Below are positions 28,215 to 37,920 of a stretch of 54,808 nt of DNA, one piece after another. The number at the start of each line of letters is the position of its first letter. Position 1 is the stretch's first letter. The translations under genes and the position numbers were made by a program. The stretch is from a virus (Duplodnaviria > Caudoviricetes): IMG/VR virus record IMGVR_UViG_3300044723_000730, positions 1-54,808 of that record; one strand, written 5' to 3'. Below the pieces are notes generated by a model. The model was not told where the DNA came from and ran no database searches. It worked only from the letters and a program-made list of their open reading frames with translations.

Positions 28215-31200
28215 ATGCCCTTAGCCAAGACGCGTGACCCATCTGGGGAAGAGTTTCAGTATTATGTACCTAAAGGCACAACTTCAGAAGAACGGAAAGC
28301 CCTAGCTAGAGCCGCCTACTTCAAAAGACGCCAAGGTATAGACGTAACTCAACCCCCGCTCCCGCCTGAAAGTACTGTGGGTGGGGAGCTTATGCGTGGC
28401 GCAGAATCACTCGCGTCGGCTTTACGCACTACTGCTGGAGCCGTACTGGGTGACGAAGAAGCAGCGGCCCTTGCTGCACTAGAGCGTAGTGAAGACATTG
28501 GGCAAAAATACGGCGAAGGCCCATCTTTCCAAGCTGTGCGTGAGGCTGAAGGTGTTCTACCTACTATCAGCACCGCGCTAGGACAGATACCACGGGCTTT
28601 AGCGGGGCAAGGTGCCCAGTTAGGCGCTACCGCAGCAGGTGCAGCTACAGGTGCTAGACTAGGTGCTCGATTCGGCCCAACAGGTGCAGTCGTAGGCGGT
28701 GGTCTAGGCGCACTAACTTCCCTCATACCGCAATTTGCTGGCTACAACATTGAACGTCAGGCTGAAGCAGACATAGCCGAGGGGCGTCCTGTAGACATTG
28801 ATACAGGGAAAGCACTAGGAACTGCTGCACTACAGGCTGTGCCGGAACTAGCAGGGCAGTACTTTATATTAGGCCGAGGCGTCATCAACAAGATACTCAA
28901 AGGGGGCCTTGGTGATACGACTGAAGCTGTAGCTAGGGGCAACGCAGAGAAGCTCATACAGACAGCACGGGAAAAATTACTCCCAAGCCTTAAAAAAGGC
29001 GAACGTGGTGTAGGTGCTATAGGTCGTGGTATCGCTACCGGTGCTGCTGCGGAGATACCTACAGAAGTAGCACAACAAGTTCTGGAAAGAGCACAAGCTG
29101 GTCTGGATGTACTGTCTGAAGAAGCCTTAGCAGAATACGGCGAAGCTGCGTATCTGGCAGCAACGATAGGCGGCACTCTTGGCCCCATCGGTACTATATC
29201 TGGTCGAAGTGCCGCAAGGCGGCAGCGTGAAGAACTAGCGGCTCGTACAGGGGAAGTACCCACTGAACCAACAGTAGAACCAGAAGCAGAAGTTGTAGAG
29301 ATAGTTGAGGAAGCCCCCGCTGAACCCCCTGCTGCACCACCAATAGAAACAGAAGTTGATCTTACTGAGTTAGGAGAAGCCTCTGCTGACATAGACGCAG
29401 ACGCTATTCAACAGCAAACTCTTCTTGCAGAAGAGCAAAGGCAATTAACCGCCGAACAAATCAGAAAAATACAGGAAGAAGATGTCAACTTTTTGGCAGG
29501 CGAGCCTGATCCCGATATTGAGTTTGACCAACCGTTTCTTGGAAGACCCGGAGAAGGTGTAACCGAGGAGCAAATACAGCAAGCGTATGCTGCCGAACAA
29601 GAAGCTACTGAGGAAGCGACTGAAGAAGCTCCTGTAACATGGGAGCAGGACATTGACCAACGAAATGCTGTTGATGAAGCTAAACGAAAAGAAGAGTTTG
29701 AAGCACTAACGGCGGAAGAACAAAAACCAACCGAAGTAGTCGAGCAAGAACAAAAAGTAGAAGCAACGGATTTAGAAACAGAAGCAGAGGCATCTACTGT
29801 AGCTCAAGACCCCGTGTCTGAAACTGTTAAAAAAGAAGAACAAGATGCAGAAATAGACGCACAAGTAGATGCGCCCCCTAGATACAGAACTAGCGCAAAA
29901 GTAGCAGTACAACGAGCGTTAGATGAAAAGAAGCAACGCCTCCAAGAGAGACAAGAGAACGTCGCTACTGCACAACAAGAACGGGTAGCCGCTACTGTCC
30001 CCACTGTAGAAGAAGCGGGTATAGACACAAAAACGTTAGCACAAAAGTTTGATATAGCTGAGACTGCGGCGGAAAGAGATTCACTTATATCTGGTATAGC
30101 TTTTAACAGCGTGTATGGCAAACCAGAAGCAAAAGCTACTGCATTAGCAGAAATAGCAGAGATAAGCACAAGCCCTGAATTTTCTGAGCAAATAAAAAGA
30201 GATGTAATCGCTGCCCAAAATAAAATAAGGCTTGATAATAATTTAGAGTTACCTGCCAAAGCTCTAGCTTCTACCTCAATGGGGTTAGAACCAGAAGTAA
30301 TGGAACTTCTTCGTGACGGTAGGTTGGTTGACGCTCTTGATACGTTGGGAAGGAACAAAGACAAGACTGTATCAAAAGTAGCCCGTGCTGTTAGTGCAGC
30401 CATATTAAAAGACGGTGGCACAAAAGTTACGCTTGAGTCTGGTTTGATGTCAACTGACGGGCGGCTGTTGGCTGGTACGTTTGATCCCAAGACCAACACG
30501 ATAATTATTAACAGTGATTTAAACCCCACCACTCATGTTCTTTTGCATGAGGCGCTTCATGCTGTCACTTCCCACGAGATAGCAAACAAGGCCAGCCCAA
30601 TAACCAAACAGCTACAGACACTTTTCGATAACGTCAAAGACAGACTTGATAGTTCTTATGGTGCTACTAGCTTAGATGAATTTGTAGCCGAAGCGTTTTC
30701 AAACCCAGAGTTCCAAGCAAAGCTTGCCTCTATGAACATCAAAGGCGAAAAGCTAGGTGCATGGGAAAGATTTACAAACATAATTAAAAATCTTGTTCGT
30801 AAAATACTAAAACAACCTATTGCCCAAGTAACTTCAGCGCGAAACGAAGTAGACAAACTAGTCACAGAGTTGATGTCACCGGCTCCAGAATATCGAGATG
30901 CAGCACGGTTAAACATGGCAGCTACAGCCAAAGAAGAAGGTAAACTGTTTGGGAACATACTAAACAGTTATGGTGGCCCTGTAACAACAGACATGATCAA
31001 CACGTACAACGACACCATGCCGGGGCTATCAAATACAGCCAGAGATTACTTCTTACGTGCGTTACCACTCAACTCTATTGCAGATTTTATTAAAGACAGC
31101 AATAACCCTGTATTAAGAGAGCTTGGAGCAGAGTTAGATGAGTTGTTTAAAGTCATCCAGCAAAAGAATGGGTCACGACAACTGTACCTACGTAGGACTA

Positions 31201-34133
31201 AAGATACTGCTAAACAACTAGATGCTGTATTCAAAGAGCTTGGTAAAGAACAACGCGATCTTTTTAACAAAGTTGTTATGGAAAGCACGTTGCGTCGTGT
31301 TGATCCTACTAAAGAAAGAAGTTACTACGAAGGTTTTCGATACAGCTATGTGGATCAGGATGGTAAAGAGTTTCGTTCCAAGCCATATAAAACAAAAGAG
31401 CTACGTGACGCTGCAAGAGAAGCAGACAAAGGTTTAGAGCGAGCCAAGAAAGAACATCCTACTGGTAATGTTGCGGTGGCTGTAACCAACCCAAGCGAAG
31501 GTAAGTTAGAAGAGTACACTCGCGTTAAAAATGACTTCAAAAAATTAAAACCTGAAGCGCGAAAAGCATATGAAACATTACGTGACGCTTATAGTGAAGC
31601 TTACACAGAGCTGAGAGTTACTATAGTAAACCGGATAAATGCTATCAAGACAGATACTGAGGAAGCAGTACAAGCAAAACAAGCTTACAAGGATAAGATA
31701 TTACTAGAACTTCTCAATAAAGAATCTATCGAGCCGTACTTCCCGCTGTATAGAAAGGGTGACTTCTGGTACAACCATATGGGCTTTGATCCATATACTA
31801 ATAACCCAGAAACTTTCAAAATTGCTTTTGAGTCTGACAAAGAACGACAAGCTTACGCAAGGTTGATTGAAAGTGACCCTGAGTTGAGACAACAAATCCT
31901 CAACAGCAAAGCAACAACTATAGTAGATATTAGAGAGGCTGCTAGAAAAGAGGCTTTGGATAGTGGTGCAACCCCTCAAGAAGCTGAAGAAGCAGCATTC
32001 AGGGCAGCGTTAGAACCAACATTTGCAGAACGCCCAACAAATGCTCGTGGAGAAAAGACTGCGGTAGACCTTCAGTGGGCGCAAGGGTTACTTGCTGATG
32101 TAAGACGTAAGAAAGATGCTGCTGGAGAAAGAGCCAAAGCTAAAGCTTTAGAAGATGGTTTAAGTGAAGCAGAAGCAGACAAAATAAAAGACCAAACACT
32201 GAGAGCCGGTAACGCTATAGATTCGATAGTACAGGATGCGTTGTTAGATGCTATGCCTGAACGATCTTTGGAGAGAGCTTTTAAGCGCAGACAGAACGTC
32301 CGTGGCGCACAGATGGACGCTATAGATGTATTCCGACAGCGTATGCCAGCTTTCTTAGGGCAGGTAGACAAGCTCAGATTTGACCAACCTCTCAGACAAA
32401 GACGCAATAACTTAGACGCTATTGCGAGCAAAGCAAGGAATACTCCGGACTTAGAGTACGCCAAACAAATAGCGAGAAAGGGTGGAGAGTATATAGACTT
32501 TGTTAATGACCCGCAGATAGCCACTTGGTCACGCGCTTTAAAGAGTGCGGGTTTCTTTATGACTTTGGGTTTTAACTTGTCTTCTGCTGTAGTCAACTCA
32601 TTTATCTTACCGGTTGTAGTGTTCCCATTCTTAGCCGGAAAGTACGGCATCGGGCCAGCTAGTGCCGCCATGTATCGCGCTATGCGGATGTATATGGGTA
32701 CCGGTATGCGTCGTAGACTAGAGCCATTCGGAGGAGCGCCCGAAGGTACGGAGTTTGATGGCCCATCATTAGCTAACCTCGACCCAGAAAACTTACCCGA
32801 AGAGTACAGGCAATATAAGCCACTAATAGAAGAACTTGTTTCCAGAGGAGCAGCTAACACTTCTACTGTAGGTGACATGCTTGATATAGATAACCCAATG
32901 GGTGGTCGCCTTGAAAGGGGTATGACTAGAGTTAACGGTATTTCAGGTTTCTTGTTCCACCAAGGCGAACGCTTAAATCGCCAAGTTACTGCAATGGCTA
33001 TTTATGATTTGGCAATGGATGCACAGAAAAAGAAGAACAAAGGTGCTGACATTACTGAAGAACAAAGAAACAAAATATTAGACGACGTGTTTCTCGATAT
33101 GGAACACACCAACAGTGGTGCGTTAATTGAGACTGCGCCTAAGCTTGCTCAAAGTAATATCGGCAGTGTGTTACTTATGTACAAACGCTTTGGTGTATCT
33201 ATGGCGTATCTCCAAGCCAAGATGGCAAGGCAAGCGTTGAAGATTGGTAACTACAGTGAAAAAGAAACTGCGGAGGCTAAGAAACAATTGGTTGGATTGT
33301 TCGGTATGTCCGGCCTACTGGCAGGAGTACAGGGGCTACCCGCATACGGCCTTATCGCTGGTGTAATGAATCAGTTCTTCTTGGATGATGAAGACGATGA
33401 CTTTGATAGTCTGGTTGCATCTTACATAGGAGAAGGCCCGTACTCTGGAGCACTAAACGAAATATTTGGCTTAGACATAGCCCCACGTATCGGTATGAGC
33501 AACTTATTGTTCAGAACACTACCAAACAAAGAGTATGAAAGTAATTTAGCGTACTGGGCTGAACTTGGTGGTGGCCCACTTCTTGGTATCGCACAAAGAA
33601 TGGATCGTAGCTATGACCTACTCATGGACGGAGAGTACCGCCGTGGTATAGAAGGATTTGTACCTTCGGGTTTAGGTGGCCCTCTGAGAAGCATTCGTTA
33701 TGCAACAGAGGGAGCCACTACGTTGCGTGGTGATCCTATCGTAGAGGATATGACCCCTTTATCTATCGCAGGACAATTTTTTGGGTTTGCTCCAGCAGGA
33801 TACATAAAACAGTTAGAGATCAACGCTCGTGATAAACGAATAGACCGTAAGATCAACGAAACTCGTACCAGACTTCTTCGTCAGAGATATGTAGCCTTTA
33901 GAGTAGGTGACTTTGAAGGTGTCCGCGACGTAGATCAAGAGATAAACGAGTTTAACCAACGTAACCCCGAGGTAAGAATTACTGGGGATACTAAGGCTAG
34001 GTCGTTACGACAACATAAGATTACTAGTCAAATAGCGCGTCAACTGGGTGGTATAACGATCAGCCCACGTAGGTTGGACAAAGTGATGCAAAAGAGACTA
34101 GAAGAGATGGGCGAAAGAGACTTTTTCTTGTAA
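28215..34133 (+). CDS. giant internal virion / polyvalent protein with zincin-like metallopeptidase motif
   Basis: 1972 aa; HEALH followed by EFVAE; Gly/Ala-rich membrane-like N-terminal helices; last gene of the late arm. Confidence 0.7.
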   Translation: MPLAKTRDPSGEEFQYYVPKGTTSEERKALARAAYFKRRQGIDVTQPPLPPESTVGGELMRGAESLASALRTTAGAVLGDEEAAALAALERSEDIGQKYGEGPSFQAVREAEGVLPTISTALGQIPRALAGQGAQLGATAAGAATGARLGARFGPTGAVVGGGLGALTSLIPQFAGYNIERQAEADIAEGRPVDIDTGKALGTAALQAVPELAGQYFILGRGVINKILKGGLGDTTEAVARGNAEKLIQTAREKLLPSLKKGERGVGAIGRGIATGAAAEIPTEVAQQVLERAQAGLDVLSEEALAEYGEAAYLAATIGGTLGPIGTISGRSAARRQREELAARTGEVPTEPTVEPEAEVVEIVEEAPAEPPAAPPIETEVDLTELGEASADIDADAIQQQTLLAEEQRQLTAEQIRKIQEEDVNFLAGEPDPDIEFDQPFLGRPGEGVTEEQIQQAYAAEQEATEEATEEAPVTWEQDIDQRNAVDEAKRKEEFEALTAEEQKPTEVVEQEQKVEATDLETEAEASTVAQDPVSETVKKEEQDAEIDAQVDAPPRYRTSAKVAVQRALDEKKQRLQERQENVATAQQERVAATVPTVEEAGIDTKTLAQKFDIAETAAERDSLISGIAFNSVYGKPEAKATALAEIAEISTSPEFSEQIKRDVIAAQNKIRLDNNLELPAKALASTSMGLEPEVMELLRDGRLVDALDTLGRNKDKTVSKVARAVSAAILKDGGTKVTLESGLMSTDGRLLAGTFDPKTNTIIINSDLNPTTHVLLHEALHAVTSHEIANKASPITKQLQTLFDNVKDRLDSSYGATSLDEFVAEAFSNPEFQAKLASMNIKGEKLGAWERFTNIIKNLVRKILKQPIAQVTSARNEVDKLVTELMSPAPEYRDAARLNMAATAKEEGKLFGNILNSYGGPVTTDMINTYNDTMPGLSNTARDYFLRALPLNSIADFIKDSNNPVLRELGAELDELFKVIQQKNGSRQLYLRRTKDTAKQLDAVFKELGKEQRDLFNKVVMESTLRRVDPTKERSYYEGFRYSYVDQDGKEFRSKPYKTKELRDAAREADKGLERAKKEHPTGNVAVAVTNPSEGKLEEYTRVKNDFKKLKPEARKAYETLRDAYSEAYTELRVTIVNRINAIKTDTEEAVQAKQAYKDKILLELLNKESIEPYFPLYRKGDFWYNHMGFDPYTNNPETFKIAFESDKERQAYARLIESDPELRQQILNSKATTIVDIREAARKEALDSGATPQEAEEAAFRAALEPTFAERPTNARGEKTAVDLQWAQGLLADVRRKKDAAGERAKAKALEDGLSEAEADKIKDQTLRAGNAIDSIVQDALLDAMPERSLERAFKRRQNVRGAQMDAIDVFRQRMPAFLGQVDKLRFDQPLRQRRNNLDAIASKARNTPDLEYAKQIARKGGEYIDFVNDPQIATWSRALKSAGFFMTLGFNLSSAVVNSFILPVVVFPFLAGKYGIGPASAAMYRAMRMYMGTGMRRRLEPFGGAPEGTEFDGPSLANLDPENLPEEYRQYKPLIEELVSRGAANTSTVGDMLDIDNPMGGRLERGMTRVNGISGFLFHQGERLNRQVTAMAIYDLAMDAQKKKNKGADITEEQRNKILDDVFLDMEHTNSGALIETAPKLAQSNIGSVLLMYKRFGVSMAYLQAKMARQALKIGNYSEKETAEAKKQLVGLFGMSGLLAGVQGLPAYGLIAGVMNQFFLDDEDDDFDSLVASYIGEGPYSGALNEIFGLDIAPRIGMSNLLFRTLPNKEYESNLAYWAELGGGPLLGIAQRMDRSYDLLMDGEYRRGIEGFVPSGLGGPLRSIRYATEGATTLRGDPIVEDMTPLSIAGQFFGFAPAGYIKQLEINARDKRIDRKINETRTRLLRQRYVAFRVGDFEGVRDVDQEINEFNQRNPEVRITGDTKARSLRQHKITSQIARQLGGITISPRRLDKVMQKRLEEMGERDFFL

Positions 34134-34157
34134 AAAAATGCCCCCACGAGGAGGGCA
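34132..34157 (-). terminator. Rho-independent terminator for - strand transcription
   Basis: Minus strand reads TGCCCTC-CTCGT-GGGGGCA then T7. Confidence 0.75.
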
Positions 34158-34185
34158 ATGATCTCTCTACGAGAACGATGAGAGC
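34132..34185 (-). ncRNA. candidate trans-acting antisense small RNA
   Basis: Own promoter and terminator; seed UCAUCGUUCUCGUA is complementary to RBS/start regions of several early genes. Confidence 0.6.
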
Positions 34186-34187
34186 GC

Positions 34188-34217
34188 AATGTACCACAAT
34201 ATAGTGTGGTAGAACAA
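34188..34217 (-). promoter_or_regulatory. extended -10 promoter with operator-like inverted repeat
   Basis: TTGTTC-N18-TACATT with TG-G before the -10; TACCACA-N6-TGTGGTA at 34192-34211. Confidence 0.55.
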
Positions 34218-34227
34218 CGTAGAACTA

Positions 34228-37095
34228 CTATATGTCGGTTTCTTTTGGTGTTTCTACGGTCTTTTCCTCGCTCCAATCCAGTTTAATAACATACGTGGGC
34301 GGTAAATTAAGTCCCGGTATGCCGGTGCTCAGCCTGTACTTAGCATCCCTGCCCCCCAAATCTTCGATTACCAGACGCCGCATGTGGCTGTATTCCAGCT
34401 TTCTCTGACCACACCACTTCTTGAACGGGGTAGGCAACATGTACATCACATTAGTGTCCACCTCTATCCTAGCTACAATCTTGTATAAAGGTTTTTCATA
34501 CTCTGTTGCATAAACCGATAGCTCTGGGTCGTCCGTAGATTCCGTACTATCTATTTTTATTACGTTGCGATTGTTTTCGGCTAGGTACTGGGCAAGTATG
34601 TCCCTTATATCCACTACAGCAGCAGTGGTGTCGCTACGTGCTTTCCGTAGCATTTTGCATACCCAATCCTCTAGGTTGGCTACGTTAAGATCATGCAGCC
34701 CTATCCGTTGTGCAATACTCATCCCAGTTAATGCAGCGGCGGCTTGCCATAACCAGTAGCGATTTTGTGCTGTTAGCCCCGTACGCTCTATGAGTTTATT
34801 GACGTAAGTAAGCAACAAACCTTCAGCAGCTTTCTGATTCTTCACTAACTTCTGTATATAAAGTTCTCCAGCCTCCCCGTAGTTGTTATCTAACAACTGA
34901 TTTAGTTCGATGCCCTCTTTGGTAGTGTCAGCGTCTTCTTTGAGTTTTACCAAAGTTTCCGCTTCTAACAGACGTTGCGCTTCTCCTTTCGGATGCTGTC
35001 TAAAGTCGGCTGATATGGTGTCGAGGATGCCTGTATTACCGCTTGTCGGTACCAGAGTAGCCCACGGCTTGCCTCTGTAACGCTCTACAGTCTCCCCAGA
35101 GTTACCCCGTAAACGATTCCTTTGCATACCCTGACTGACTGCATAAGCAAAGCTACTAAGGTCTTTACCCTCTTTATTAGACAACTCGTCTAAGTACACA
35201 ACGATATTCTTGTATGTCTCTGTAACTTTCCACACAGAAGCAAACGTATCCTCTCCTTTCTGTACTACCAACGAAGGGTTACCCCATACTGAAGCCCCAG
35301 CAAACTGACCAGTAGACTTACCAAAGCCGGACTCAGTGCTTTTCAAATGAAAGATACTGCCAGCTATCTTTGGTGCAAAGATCATCAATGGTGCAGCGAA
35401 TGACATAGCAAACATATACTGGTGGGGTTCAAACCCCGGCTTATCAAAAAACTTAGGGATTTTTTTCCATTCTTTTAAAGTCCCAGCCTTATCAAAATGA
35501 GCAAAGTACCCCTCTGTTATTGAACTAGGATAGTTAGGCTTAATTTCTTTAGGAAAAATCTCTCTATCTCCTAGAATGAAAGACTTGTTATTTTCAGTCC
35601 AACCAAACTGCTCAGCTACAGTATGCTCGTCCATATGTTCTTCAGCGTGATCCACAAGAGCCGCTACAAAGTTCATAAGTAGCGCAGGATTCATAGTGAA
35701 AACACCACGTTTAGTCAGCTCTACTTTAAATGTCTCCCTACCAACAAGTTTATAAGCCGGTATCATGAAGTCCCGTATACCATGCCGCTTAGTATGGTGA
35801 CGAAATATAAAAGAAGTCCCAGCTACCCTGTCGCGTAATTTGCGTATGATATACAGGTCAGTACTGAGTATTTCCCTCACCTCAGTATTCCCATCTTTTA
35901 TCTCTCTATGCCCTATACCCCCGCCTTCGTATCTGAAATACGGCTTCGGATATTTGGGGATAGTTACTGTAGAAGGTGCGGCCTCCGTGTTTTTTGTGTC
36001 TAACGCAACCTCACTATTGTCTGGAACTTCTACTGTGTAGCTTTCCTCAGACGCCTCGTTTGGAACTACGGCTAGACTTATCGGACTTTTAAATCTGTCG
36101 TTATCCTTATGTGGGCAACCTTCACAACCCTCTGGGTACTCTTCTTCAAATCTTGCACAACCGTGCGGTGCCTCGATGGTACGCGCTACGTTATTTGTCT
36201 CTTCTTCGGTGTAATCTTTATACCCACTAGATATAGCGTGTACGTTCTCCATACCACGCGCATCGCTTATATCTATATCGGAGAACTTTGCTATGGACAT
36301 AACGTGCGTCCACAACGCGTAGCTTATTGAATCAGGCTCACGTATGGCTCTGTCTATCTGAGCGCAGCCCGTACCGTTTACTGTTTTATCTAGCAGTACT
36401 TCAAATCTTTTTATCACTCTGTTGCCCAGAGCGTTCTTCATATCCTCCTGATCTTCTTCTGAGAATTCTTGTGTAGAAAGAACTGGTATCAAATCTTCTG
36501 GCAGCTTGGACGAAAACTCTTCCAAACTAACTACGCCATCATTGTGGTTATACACAGTGCAATCTAAAGGGGTGCTAGTCTTGTGGTTGCGTGTCCCCGG
36601 TACGCGTAATATCCGAGCAGCATCCGCAGTAACTTGTACGTCTGCTTTAAACCCTGCATGTTTGCAGGTTCTCTTTAGTTGTTCCGCAACGGCAACCCAT
36701 TCGTCTTTGCCATACGGTTTATCTAACACCCAGTAAACATGCCAACCACGCCCTGAATCAACAAGGATAGATTGTTTTGGTAGGGTGTAGCGTTTTATAA
36801 ACTCTTTTAAGGCTGCGTAAGCCTCTGTCTTAGTTGGGTAGTCTTTTTCTTCACCGCAATCTATATCGAGAAATAAAGTCTTTAACTGCTTAACATTGTT
36901 CTTTTCGCGCTTTTCTGTGTTAAACGTAGCCAGAGCTACATACACATTATTGTCATTATCATTAGCAGTATTTATATGGGATAGAGCATCTTCTTTTGTT
37001 TCTGAAAACTTTACATCAATCCCATCTTTCATTCCGACTGTGCAATAAAAACCCTCACTTCCTAAGACAGTATTTAAAAACTGTCGAGTATCCAT
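34228..37095 (-). CDS. DNA primase-helicase (RepB/AEP-like primase, DUF927-like region, P-loop helicase)
   Basis: FLDID, DSGRGWHVYW, RILRVPGTRN primase motifs; Cys cluster; FGW; ESGFGKST Walker A; LDE Walker B. Confidence 0.85.
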   Translation of the reverse strand: MDTRQFLNTVLGSEGFYCTVGMKDGIDVKFSETKEDALSHINTANDNDNNVYVALATFNTEKREKNNVKQLKTLFLDIDCGEEKDYPTKTEAYAALKEFIKRYTLPKQSILVDSGRGWHVYWVLDKPYGKDEWVAVAEQLKRTCKHAGFKADVQVTADAARILRVPGTRNHKTSTPLDCTVYNHNDGVVSLEEFSSKLPEDLIPVLSTQEFSEEDQEDMKNALGNRVIKRFEVLLDKTVNGTGCAQIDRAIREPDSISYALWTHVMSIAKFSDIDISDARGMENVHAISSGYKDYTEEETNNVARTIEAPHGCARFEEEYPEGCEGCPHKDNDRFKSPISLAVVPNEASEESYTVEVPDNSEVALDTKNTEAAPSTVTIPKYPKPYFRYEGGGIGHREIKDGNTEVREILSTDLYIIRKLRDRVAGTSFIFRHHTKRHGIRDFMIPAYKLVGRETFKVELTKRGVFTMNPALLMNFVAALVDHAEEHMDEHTVAEQFGWTENNKSFILGDREIFPKEIKPNYPSSITEGYFAHFDKAGTLKEWKKIPKFFDKPGFEPHQYMFAMSFAAPLMIFAPKIAGSIFHLKSTESGFGKSTGQFAGASVWGNPSLVVQKGEDTFASVWKVTETYKNIVVYLDELSNKEGKDLSSFAYAVSQGMQRNRLRGNSGETVERYRGKPWATLVPTSGNTGILDTISADFRQHPKGEAQRLLEAETLVKLKEDADTTKEGIELNQLLDNNYGEAGELYIQKLVKNQKAAEGLLLTYVNKLIERTGLTAQNRYWLWQAAAALTGMSIAQRIGLHDLNVANLEDWVCKMLRKARSDTTAAVVDIRDILAQYLAENNRNVIKIDSTESTDDPELSVYATEYEKPLYKIVARIEVDTNVMYMLPTPFKKWCGQRKLEYSHMRRLVIEDLGGRDAKYRLSTGIPGLNLPPTYVIKLDWSEEKTVETPKETDI

Positions 37096-37116
37096 AAGTC
37101 ATATGTCGTAGAGAAA

Positions 37117-37136
37117 GGACGCCCCGAAGGGCGTCT
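37117..37136 (-). terminator. UUCG hairpin terminator/attenuator between SSB and primase
   Basis: AGACGCCC-TTCG-GGGCGTCC then TTTCTCT (weak U tract, probably leaky). Confidence 0.75.
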
Positions 37137-37158
37137 CAAATTAAAGGAACAAAAGTTA

Positions 37159-37851
37159 TTAATCGTCAAACTCATCAAGCATCGAAGACAAGTCGTCATC
37201 AGCCGGTGGCTTTTTCTTTGTCTCACGAACTTTTGGTTCTTCTGGTTCTTCTGGTTCTTTAGCAGCTTCTTTGGGAGCTTCTTTGGGAGCATCAGTTGAA
37301 ACAGCATCGAACATGCTATCTTCGTATTGAGTGAACCCTTCTTGCTTATCAAACACAGAACCCTGAGTGTTCTCTTTAAGTTTAATAACTTGTACTTGCC
37401 GTAACCGTAGAGATACGCTACTGCCCATACCACCACTATAGGGGATCAACTCTACAAACAAGTTTACAATACTACCTGTAGTGAGTTGAAAATCATCGGG
37501 CAAAGGTTTAGTTGCAGCGTCGAATTGCTTAGGTGGGTTCTTGTAAGAAGCAGCTATCTTAGCCTTACCTACAATACCGCCATCTTCAGGCTTCTTAAAC
37601 GGCATAGATAAGCCGGGCCAATCTTCTTCTCGTGCTTCTTCATAGGCGCTAGTCATAGCAGCTAGTAGGTCCATAGCTTGCGCTTTGTCCATCTTAAAGC
37701 TCATGCTGTATTCAGCGCCTTGGTCAGTAGCTGCACAAGGTACAGTACCGCCCTTACCGTTTTTACCGCCTGTAGATGAGAAATGGTAAGGCTGGTCTAG
37801 TCGTGGGTATAACGCCTCCACGCCGCGTATCATAAAAGTATTTTTGCTCAT
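37159..37851 (-). CDS. single-stranded DNA-binding protein (T7 gp2.5-like)
   Basis: YPRLDQP...GSIVN...VSLRLRQVQVI OB-fold pattern; acidic tail ending LDEFDD. Confidence 0.75.
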   Translation of the reverse strand: MSKNTFMIRGVEALYPRLDQPYHFSSTGGKNGKGGTVPCAATDQGAEYSMSFKMDKAQAMDLLAAMTSAYEEAREEDWPGLSMPFKKPEDGGIVGKAKIAASYKNPPKQFDAATKPLPDDFQLTTGSIVNLFVELIPYSGGMGSSVSLRLRQVQVIKLKENTQGSVFDKQEGFTQYEDSMFDAVSTDAPKEAPKEAAKEPEEPEEPKVRETKKKPPADDDLSSMLDEFDD

Positions 37852-37920
37852 ATCGCTCTCGTATTAACAAGGATTAAATTGCTTTGGCTTTTATAGCCAA
37901 GGTTAGGTATTACAGTACTA

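Noticed and set aside
28349-32878. Long antisense ORFs opposite the giant gene (and similar ones elsewhere)
   Set aside because: Shadow frames of real genes with no RBS or recognisable motifs
34178-34204. GAGAACGATG on the + strand as RBS and start of a real gene
   Set aside because: Gives only an 8-codon ORF (MRAQCTTI); the - strand promoter and terminator favour the antisense RNA reading, though this alternative is not fully excluded
37882-37898. TTGGCT-N5-AGCCAA hairpin upstream of SSB as a terminator
   Set aside because: Short AT-rich stem with no adjacent U tract on the coding strand; at most a stability element
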